This document shows, one piece after another, positions 56,424 to 64,000 of a DNA stretch of 64,000 nt. A program made the translations under genes and the position numbers. Source of the DNA: a virus; the IMG/VR virus record IMGVR_UViG_3300034062_004313, positions 64,001 through 128,000 of that record, one strand, 5' to 3'. Below the pieces are notes generated by a model that did not search any database, was not told the origin of the DNA, and saw only the letters and a list, made by a program, of their open reading frames with translations. How positions within the stretch are numbered: position 1 is the stretch's first letter; every line of letters begins with the position of its first letter.

Positions 56424-59400
56424 ATGGCAAGAAGAAACTCTGGAACAAGATTTATATTTGGTATAGATACTAAACCTATGAAGTTTAAAGGATTCAAATC
56501 ATCTGGAAATCCTTTCAGAGGAGCTATACTTATGCAAGAAGGTGGTATTAAATCTGATACTATATCTTGTTCTAATTGTGGATGGAGTTGGAAAAAGTCC
56601 GAAGGTGGTAATGATGCTACTACATGTCATAAATGTGGTAATGTTAATTCTATGCAAGATGGTGGAAGTAAAAAACCTTCTTTAGAAGAAGTTTGGAAAC
56701 TTTCTCAAAATGCTACACCTATTATTCCTAAACCTGCCCCTGCTAAACCTTTCAAACAAGTTAAAATAGGTCCAACTACTCAGGATAAAACAGATGCTTT
56801 AAGATTGCAAATGGAAGAAGAAGAAAAACAAAGAAGTATCCAAGCTGCTATAGAATCTGCAAGAAATAATAAAATTGGTACTGCTCCTATTAGAACTTCT
56901 TACGAACAAGCTCAAATTGATAAACAAGTAAAAGCTGCACAAGAAAAAGCACTTGATGGTAATTTTAATTATAAAAAAGGAGATGATGGATTTTATGTAC
57001 CAAATTACGGAAGTACAGGTGCTAAATTTGCAGCAGTTTCTGAAAAAGCTTCAGACAGATTATTAGAACCTGCTTTTTATGCTGGTAATATTGCAGGAGC
57101 ACCTTCTTTATTAAGACACACTCCACAATTTCTTAATTTAATGGGACGAGAATTAGGAAGAGTAGGAAATAAAATTGGTAGAGTTATTGATAATGTTAAT
57201 TTACCTTCTATAAATACCTTACAAGTAGATGTAGGTAGAACTTTATTAAATAATAAGTCTTGGAAAGATAAAATGTTAAAAGGTATAGATGAAGGAAATC
57301 AATGGTCAAAAGAATGGTTTTCACATCCTATAACTAAAGAAAGATATAATAATTTTTTATATAGAGGAAATCCTTATTTAACAGAAAAAGCAGCTTTAGA
57401 AAATTCTAACATTGGAGACGTATTTGGTAATATAGATGTTTCTAAACATGATTATATAAAAGGTATTAATTTAGATAAATCTTTTGCTGCTAAAAATCAT
57501 GCTACTGTAGCAAGAAATAATTATGATAAATTATTAGAAGAAGGTAAATTAACAAAAGGTGTAACAGAATTACTTGACCCAAGTAGAAATACTTTGGGTA
57601 GATATAGTTATTCACCAAATGATGCTAAACTTGATATACTTCATCCAAGTTTTTTAACTAAAGGTTTTAAACCTAAAGAGACAACAATACATGAAAATAT
57701 ACATATGTTAACAAGAGGTGATAAGGCTATGTTACCAGAATCTAAAAAATTATTAAAATCTCCTTTTAAACACGTTGATGATAAATACGATAAATATTTA
57801 ACGGAACCTACAGAAATACATGCAAGAATAGGAGAAATAAGAAGTAATTTTAATTTAACTCCAGATGCAGTAATTTATGACGAATTAGTAGATGATATAA
57901 TAAAACAAGGATTAAAAGGTAAAACTTCTGTAGATAAACAATTTTTTAAGCTTATAAAAGATAAAGAAGCATTTAAAAATGTTTTACAAAATGTTCCTGT
58001 AACAACTGGGGTAATATTAGGAGCAGGAGCATTACAACAAAAACAAAAAGGTGGACCTATAGTAGACCCAATGGGACAATATAATCATCCCGGAAAGGAA
58101 ACTATTATTCCAACACAAGATGGTAGAATAACAATGAAAAATATTCCATATCCTATAATAGGAATTGATGAAACTGGACAAACTCAATTTATGCGCCCGA
58201 ATGGAGAATATCAATTCAGAGGAAAGAGAGTTCATGAAATTCCTTTAATGCAACAAGGTGGGTCAATAGTTGACTTCCTAGTATCTCAAGGAAAAGACCA
58301 CAGAATGTCAGCAAGAAAAAAGATTGCTGAAGATATAGGAATTCAAAACTATTCTGGTACTGCTGAACAAAACTTAAAAATGCTTTTAGCACTTAGAGGA
58401 AATCAAAATACACAATCCACAAATAAAAATACAAAAGTAGTAAATCTGAATATTCCTGAATATTTTGGAGGAGCACCTAAGACAACAGTAATTAATCCTA
58501 AAGGTAAAGGAGTACTATTAAATGTTCCACAAAATCTTATTTATAATGAACCTAAAAAAGAAACAGTAAAAGAGAAAAAAATAGTACAATTTCCAAAACA
58601 AAGATTTATACAATCACCGTCTTCAAATATTATTGCTGATTCTCCTGAATCAAGGAAAATGAATATTATGAAACAGGATAGTAAAGATTTAGGAATAAAT
58701 GATTTTGCAAAAAAGTATAAACAATTAATTAAAGCATCAGAACCAGGATTACTTAATTTAGGAGTAAATTATATAGCAAGGCAGTATCAAAAAATGTTTG
58801 GTGATGATGAAAAAGCTATTTCGAGAATAGAACAACCTAAAAATAATATAAAAATAGATACTACTAATAATCAAAATAACATTAAAAATGTAATTCCTTT
58901 TATTCCACCAATTATTACAGGAGACACTCTTTGGGATTCAAAAGAAAGAGGTACTTATCATATTCCAGAAGTAATTGATTTAAATAGAGTAAAGTTAGGA
59001 GCAAGAAATAGAGGAGAAAATACTCCTGTAGAATCAGATGGATTTATATTTGGTGCTTTTGGAAGACCGGGTTCGGATGAATCTAAAGGATATACTAAAG
59101 TAAGAAATTTAGATAATGATGTATTTGATGATAAAGTATACATAGGGATAGATGATAATGGTGACTTTAAATTAGATTATGGTAAAAATATTAGAGGTAA
59201 AAAACTTAAAGGATATCAAGTAAACCTAGATACGGTTAAGTCTTTTGCATGGGAAGGAAATAATGTTAAACAACAAAGAGACAATGGTAATGCAGGTTCT
59301 AATGTACCTATATATACTAGACCTGATGGAACAGAAGGAACAGTTAATTTATTAATGCCTAGGAATAATAAAAATAGAGAAGATGTTTTTAGTACTATTT

Positions 59401-60491
59401 CTGGAGGTAGAGTTGTTGTTAGTACACCAGATTTGAAAAGACAATTTATGTTATCAGGTTCTGTTAGAACTATTAGTGAACAATTAGAAAAGTTTAAAAA
59501 AGATAACAATGTAGACCATGTACTTTTAACACATGTTGATAATGGTTCTTATTCAAGAGGGTATAGAAATAGTAGCGGACTTATAAGTAACTATGGATGG
59601 AGTGAACATGATGCTCGTAATAATACAGGTGGAGCAGGATTTTATTTAAAAGGAAAGGGATATCAAAAAGGAGGATTAATTAATCCTTATAAAATGAAAC
59701 AAGGTGGACTTTCTATGCAAGATGCTTATAAGTTCTTATTTGATGATGAAGAAGAAACTACAGATGTAGAAAATATAACAGCACCTTCAGATAAAGAACT
59801 TGAAGAGCAATACGCATTAGGGGAAAAAAATGCGGCAAAGAAATATGGAAGACAATTAAGAGCCATGAAGAATAATCAAGCTGCTATGCAATTGATTAAT
59901 GATAATGGAGAACTTAGTTTTGATAATTATATTTCTCCAAAACAAGGTTCAAATCCATATAAATCACAATCTTCATCTACAAGCAATTTAAAAGGAACAA
60001 CATTAGAAAGAGCAAAACAAGCTGTAGATTATTTACAAACACAACATGGATTACCAAAACACGTAGCAGCAGGTATAGCTGGAAATGCTGTTCAAGAATC
60101 AAGCTTTAGCGACTCTGTAATATCAGGAAATAGAAAAGGTGATAATGGACAATCATTCGGATTATTTCAGTGGTATAAAGATAGAAATAAAGGATTCTTT
60201 AATTGGGCTAAACAAAACAATAAAAATCCTTATGATTATAAAACTCAATTAGACTATGGTGTAATTGAAGCAAAGCAAAGAGGTGATTTACAACATGTTT
60301 TAAATACAACAAATGCTGCTCAAGCTGCAAATGTTTGGAGAGATAGATTTGAAAAACCTGCTGTAAAGGATGGAAACAGAGCTTACTTTGCAAATGAATT
60401 AATGAAGTATAAAGTTGGTGGTGAATATGATGTAGACACACAGACACTATTAGAATTGAGAAGACAAGGATATAAATATAAAATCATTTAA
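56424..60491 (+). CDS. multidomain virion cargo protein: Zn ribbon, zincin-like HExxH, C-terminal phage tail lysozyme
   Basis: CSNC..CHKC; HENIH..EIHAR; AAGIAGNAVQES..GD.G.SFGLFQW..QLDY..FEKP. Confidence 0.75.
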   Translation: MARRNSGTRFIFGIDTKPMKFKGFKSSGNPFRGAILMQEGGIKSDTISCSNCGWSWKKSEGGNDATTCHKCGNVNSMQDGGSKKPSLEEVWKLSQNATPIIPKPAPAKPFKQVKIGPTTQDKTDALRLQMEEEEKQRSIQAAIESARNNKIGTAPIRTSYEQAQIDKQVKAAQEKALDGNFNYKKGDDGFYVPNYGSTGAKFAAVSEKASDRLLEPAFYAGNIAGAPSLLRHTPQFLNLMGRELGRVGNKIGRVIDNVNLPSINTLQVDVGRTLLNNKSWKDKMLKGIDEGNQWSKEWFSHPITKERYNNFLYRGNPYLTEKAALENSNIGDVFGNIDVSKHDYIKGINLDKSFAAKNHATVARNNYDKLLEEGKLTKGVTELLDPSRNTLGRYSYSPNDAKLDILHPSFLTKGFKPKETTIHENIHMLTRGDKAMLPESKKLLKSPFKHVDDKYDKYLTEPTEIHARIGEIRSNFNLTPDAVIYDELVDDIIKQGLKGKTSVDKQFFKLIKDKEAFKNVLQNVPVTTGVILGAGALQQKQKGGPIVDPMGQYNHPGKETIIPTQDGRITMKNIPYPIIGIDETGQTQFMRPNGEYQFRGKRVHEIPLMQQGGSIVDFLVSQGKDHRMSARKKIAEDIGIQNYSGTAEQNLKMLLALRGNQNTQSTNKNTKVVNLNIPEYFGGAPKTTVINPKGKGVLLNVPQNLIYNEPKKETVKEKKIVQFPKQRFIQSPSSNIIADSPESRKMNIMKQDSKDLGINDFAKKYKQLIKASEPGLLNLGVNYIARQYQKMFGDDEKAISRIEQPKNNIKIDTTNNQNNIKNVIPFIPPIITGDTLWDSKERGTYHIPEVIDLNRVKLGARNRGENTPVESDGFIFGAFGRPGSDESKGYTKVRNLDNDVFDDKVYIGIDDNGDFKLDYGKNIRGKKLKGYQVNLDTVKSFAWEGNNVKQQRDNGNAGSNVPIYTRPDGTEGTVNLLMPRNNKNREDVFSTISGGRVVVSTPDLKRQFMLSGSVRTISEQLEKFKKDNNVDHVLLTHVDNGSYSRGYRNSSGLISNYGWSEHDARNNTGGAGFYLKGKGYQKGGLINPYKMKQGGLSMQDAYKFLFDDEEETTDVENITAPSDKELEEQYALGEKNAAKKYGRQLRAMKNNQAAMQLINDNGELSFDNYISPKQGSNPYKSQSSSTSNLKGTTLERAKQAVDYLQTQHGLPKHVAAGIAGNAVQESSFSDSVISGNRKGDNGQSFGLFQWYKDRNKGFFNWAKQNNKNPYDYKTQLDYGVIEAKQRGDLQHVLNTTNAAQAANVWRDRFEKPAVKDGNRAYFANELMKYKVGGEYDVDTQTLLELRRQGYKYKII

Positions 60492-60492
60492 A

Positions 60493-62280
60493 ATGACAAG
60501 AATACAAATAGAAGGAATGAACTCTGTATATGAAGAACCAAAGATTTCTTCTACTATAAAAGAAAATCCCTACGCTGCAAATACGGAATTAGAAGGAAAG
60601 GGTAAAGGAAGAAAAGGTGAAGTTGTACTTCGTCCTGATGGTGTTGCTTTACATGATGTTGTAGGTAAGAGACACTATGCAGGTGGAGTAGAAACATGGC
60701 TTCCTGAAGGTTCTTTCGTATTCTCTGATTTTAAAGATTTGGCTTTCACTCAAAGAGACCATAAACTCTTCGAACTTAAAGAAGGTGGAACATATAGAAA
60801 AGGTGATAATACACCTGCTGAAGTGTTACGTAGAAATATAGATGTAAAACACTATAACAAAATGTCTAACACCTTAGAAGAAAAACATAAAGATGGTATA
60901 TCAAAAAATACAGCAGCATTAATGCTTGAAAAGTATCAAGAAAAACTTGGGCAAATAGCTTTACTTCAAGAGAGTAAGAAAGGATTTCCAGAAGGAGAAC
61001 CTGCATTCTCACAAGGTACAGCACCTGTATATGAAGGAGATTTAAAAGAAGATATTATGGAACAGAAACAATATATGAGAAGTGGTGGACAAGTTCTTCC
61101 TAAATATCAAGGTGGAGCAACTGTTCCTACATGGGGATATCAAAAACCAACTTCAAATGAAAAAAGATTAGAAGGTATTAATGGAAATTATATACAAGGA
61201 TTTCATGGAGAGAAAGTATGGGTTCCTTTTAATAAAACATCTGTTCCACAACAAACTCAAACAAGTTCAAATCAAACTACAGTTAATACTCAAAGACCAT
61301 TAAGTGGAGCAGCTCAAGATGAAGTAACAGGATTTGGAAGTAATCCACAATCTCCTACTAACCCTTATAAAGTTGAAACTCCTTCTTGGTGGCCGAAAGA
61401 GTCTTCTTCAAATTGTCCACCTAATCATTATTGGAATAGTGTAACAGGAAAATGCACACCAAATTCTGTAAAAAAAGAAGAACAAATAATTCCTTCAAAA
61501 GTGGAAGAAGGAATAAGTTCCCCTATAGAAATGCCTTGGCAATTCACACCTTGGCAGAAATATTCTATGGGACTTGGATTTAAGAACTATGCAGGAATAA
61601 ATAGACTTATGCCTATGCGTAGTCAAATAAATTCTCCCTTAGTAGAACTTGAACGTATGGTAGAACCAAGTTATCTTGGAGAACTTGCAGCAGGATTTAG
61701 AGGAAATCAAGTAATGAATCCATATTTAGCAGGAGTTAATAATGCTCAAATGTATGGACAAATGTTAAATGCTGATAGACAATCAAATGCTCAAAATATA
61801 AATCAAAATGTTCAAATAGGTAATCAACAAAACCTTATAAATAATCAAATTCAAAGACAAGATTTACAAACAAATATAGGAGCAGACCAACAATATTATA
61901 ATCAAGTACAACAATCTAAAGGAAACTTTGATAACATGCGTTCAACTGTAAGAGAACAAAATAGAGCAGAACTTATGGGTAATGTTCAAGGAAATGAACA
62001 ATTAGCTATGGCTATGGCAAGACTCGGTAAAGATAGACCATTCGATTACAATTTCAAAACAGGTCAAATATACCATACTGGAAGAGGAGATATAATGAGC
62101 GCAAATACCCAAACTGGACAAGATACAGTTGAAGTGATAGCAGAATCATTAATTAAAAAAGGAATGGCTATAGATAAAGCATATCAAACTGCAATAGGAA
62201 TTGCTAAAATAAAAAGCTTTAATTCTATTATTCCTCAATTTAAGCAAAAAACGGGTGGCTATAATCCCTATAGAAAATAA
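60493..62280 (+). CDS. virion cargo protein candidate
   Basis: ELEG..GE.V...G.RH..GGV...LP.GSFVFSD N-terminal domain; Gln/Asn-rich C-terminus. Confidence 0.65.
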   Translation: MTRIQIEGMNSVYEEPKISSTIKENPYAANTELEGKGKGRKGEVVLRPDGVALHDVVGKRHYAGGVETWLPEGSFVFSDFKDLAFTQRDHKLFELKEGGTYRKGDNTPAEVLRRNIDVKHYNKMSNTLEEKHKDGISKNTAALMLEKYQEKLGQIALLQESKKGFPEGEPAFSQGTAPVYEGDLKEDIMEQKQYMRSGGQVLPKYQGGATVPTWGYQKPTSNEKRLEGINGNYIQGFHGEKVWVPFNKTSVPQQTQTSSNQTTVNTQRPLSGAAQDEVTGFGSNPQSPTNPYKVETPSWWPKESSSNCPPNHYWNSVTGKCTPNSVKKEEQIIPSKVEEGISSPIEMPWQFTPWQKYSMGLGFKNYAGINRLMPMRSQINSPLVELERMVEPSYLGELAAGFRGNQVMNPYLAGVNNAQMYGQMLNADRQSNAQNINQNVQIGNQQNLINNQIQRQDLQTNIGADQQYYNQVQQSKGNFDNMRSTVREQNRAELMGNVQGNEQLAMAMARLGKDRPFDYNFKTGQIYHTGRGDIMSANTQTGQDTVEVIAESLIKKGMAIDKAYQTAIGIAKIKSFNSIIPQFKQKTGGYNPYRK

Positions 62281-62329
62281 TTTTAAAAATTATTACAAAA
62301 ACAATTAACATTAAATTAAATTTGCAAGA

Positions 62330-64000
62330 ATGACTGCATCATATTTACAGAATAACGACTATACAGCAATACAAATGAGGAGACCATATGTTCTCCAAAA
62401 TAATGATGTTGCTCAAACTGTAGCAACAATGAAGGGTGCTTGGGATGATGGTGCAAGAAGAGTAAAAGCTCAATATGAAAATGTTGCAGGATTACAATTA
62501 ATAACAGATGAAAATAAAAAGGTGACATCTGAATTTTTAAAGTCTTCAAGAGAGCAATTAAAAAAATTATCAACTCAAGATTTAGGAGATAGAAGTGTTC
62601 AAAATAATGGTATATCTATGATAAATCAATTTTTTGACCCTAATAATGGAAACTATCAAAATGTATTACAAGAATCAAATGTAGTAGGAATTTTAAATTC
62701 AGAAGATAGTAAAGCGGAGTCTTTTAGAACAAAGGATAATGGAATTGGATATAATATAAAATCTCATGAAAATATAAAATATCAAAAGTCAATATTATCA
62801 AAATTAAATAATAGTACAGCTTGGAAATCCGTAGCAAATGAGCTACAGTCTTATGTCCCTTATACGGATATTTCAAAAGAAATGATTCAAATAAAAAAAG
62901 CTGTAACAGAAAGAATAAAACAAGAATCATCTTTAGAAGGAGGAGATTGGTATATAAAAACTATAACAAGAGAAGGTATACCAGAACATGTCTTAAAAAA
63001 TGCAATAGAAGAAATGGGTTCTCCAGCTTTAAAAGCTCAATTAAGAGAAGAAGGAAGAAATACATTCTATAAAAAATTACTTTCTGACCATAATTCAGTT
63101 GATAATTATTATAGTCAATTAGGTAACTCTTTTTTTGACCAACAAGTTTCTGATATATCTGTTCAAAAAGCATTAGCTGAAAGAGAATTAGCACTACTAG
63201 ATAAAACAGACCCCAATTATAAAAATGCTTCCGATTACTACAATCAAACAATAAGTACAATAGACCAAACTAAAACAAATGTAGAACTGCAAAGAGAAAA
63301 ATATTTATCTACTCTTTCTGGACTTGGAAATATACAGAATGTATCATTATCCTTACAAAAATTGGACTTATTAAATGAACAAATGGGTATAAATTCATTA
63401 GCTAAAAACTTAGCATATGAAAATATAACACAGAATGAATTAAGTTCCAATCCTGCTAAGATAGCATTTGAAAACATGCAACAAGCAAGAATGAGACTTC
63501 AATTTGATATGACAAAGTTTGATGAAGAAAAAGAACAATTTAGAATGAAGTATGAGCAAGAAGAAAGAAAAATAGCTGCTGAAAATGAAACAGGTACTTC
63601 TGAAATGGGTTCTATATTTGGAGGAGGTGTTTATAACCAACCTGTTGCTTCTACTATGACTCCTAATGACTTGGAAAAAATAGGAAAGGAAGCAATAGAT
63701 GGAGCATTCTCAAATCTTAATAATGATGCAGAATTAACAGCATCTTTCTTAACTTCTGTATTAGGAGATAATGGTTCATTCTATTCAATACTTCAAAATA
63801 ATGTAAAGAATCAAGTTCCAATAAAAGAGTTATCTGGAGTTGAAGCAATGGGAATAACAGATAAACTGTCTGAATTTGTAAAACATTATGTAGCAGACCA
63901 AGATTTAAAATTTGGAGTTTTAAATATTCCAAAAGGAACTGATAAAGAAAGAATAAAGGTGTTATTATCAAACTTTACACCTTCTCAAATAAATCAATTT
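62330..64000 (+). CDS. large helical virion cargo protein, truncated by window end
   Basis: ATG at 62330 (MTASYLQNND...); absent from the ORF track, consistent with no stop inside the window. Confidence 0.7.
   Translation, partial: MTASYLQNNDYTAIQMRRPYVLQNNDVAQTVATMKGAWDDGARRVKAQYENVAGLQLITDENKKVTSEFLKSSREQLKKLSTQDLGDRSVQNNGISMINQFFDPNNGNYQNVLQESNVVGILNSEDSKAESFRTKDNGIGYNIKSHENIKYQKSILSKLNNSTAWKSVANELQSYVPYTDISKEMIQIKKAVTERIKQESSLEGGDWYIKTITREGIPEHVLKNAIEEMGSPALKAQLREEGRNTFYKKLLSDHNSVDNYYSQLGNSFFDQQVSDISVQKALAERELALLDKTDPNYKNASDYYNQTISTIDQTKTNVELQREKYLSTLSGLGNIQNVSLSLQKLDLLNEQMGINSLAKNLAYENITQNELSSNPAKIAFENMQQARMRLQFDMTKFDEEKEQFRMKYEQEERKIAAENETGTSEMGSIFGGGVYNQPVASTMTPNDLEKIGKEAIDGAFSNLNNDAELTASFLTSVLGDNGSFYSILQNNVKNQVPIKELSGVEAMGITDKLSEFVKHYVADQDLKFGVLNIPKGTDKERIKVLLSNFTPSQINQF

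Noticed and set aside
25423-62280. Stop-codon reassignment as in some crAss-like phages
   Set aside because: Large structural genes are intact in the standard code, TAG and TGA end real genes (portal, capsid), and no suppressor tRNA was found.
4237-63971. Many 60-180 aa ORFs antisense or out of frame within longer genes (e.g. 15757..16311, 40056..40391, 49229..49672, 62316..63971)
   Set aside because: Shadow ORFs nested in well-supported genes, with atypical composition.
1-64000. CRISPR array, rRNA, tmRNA, integrase, reverse transcriptase/DGR
   Set aside because: No spaced direct repeats or diagnostic motifs were seen by eye.

Overview
A 64-kb piece of an AT-rich Bacteroidota phage, most likely crAss-like (Crassvirales), using the standard genetic code. 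1-16.7 kb: minus-strand block of small accessory ORFs, which also holds a consensus parS site, a ~470-nt structured non-coding region and a repeated pseudoknot-like motif. 17-25 kb: plus-strand genes including an intein-containing PhoH, an IHF/HU-like protein and a PD-(D/E)xK nuclease. 25-41 kb: terminase, portal, major capsid and other virion genes. 41.5-47 kb: 23 tRNA genes covering all 20 amino acids, with an RlpA-like gene, a Tad1-like anti-defence gene and several structured RNAs. 48-64 kb: tail ring, tail stabilisation and virion cargo proteins. Main finding: 22 of the 23 tRNAs lie in three operons, each preceded by a promoter, a 22-26 aa leader ORF, an antiterminator and an intrinsic terminator. 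The central 12-14 codons of each leader encode only, and all of, the amino acids whose tRNAs lie in that operon (T/H/C/P/Q/W/F; I/N/M/V/D/G/A/E/K; L/S/Y). This points to ribosome-mediated attenuation that makes each set of phage tRNAs only when decoding of those codons fails. All tRNA and RNA structure calls were made by eye, and protein family calls come from motif recognition and synteny without database searches.
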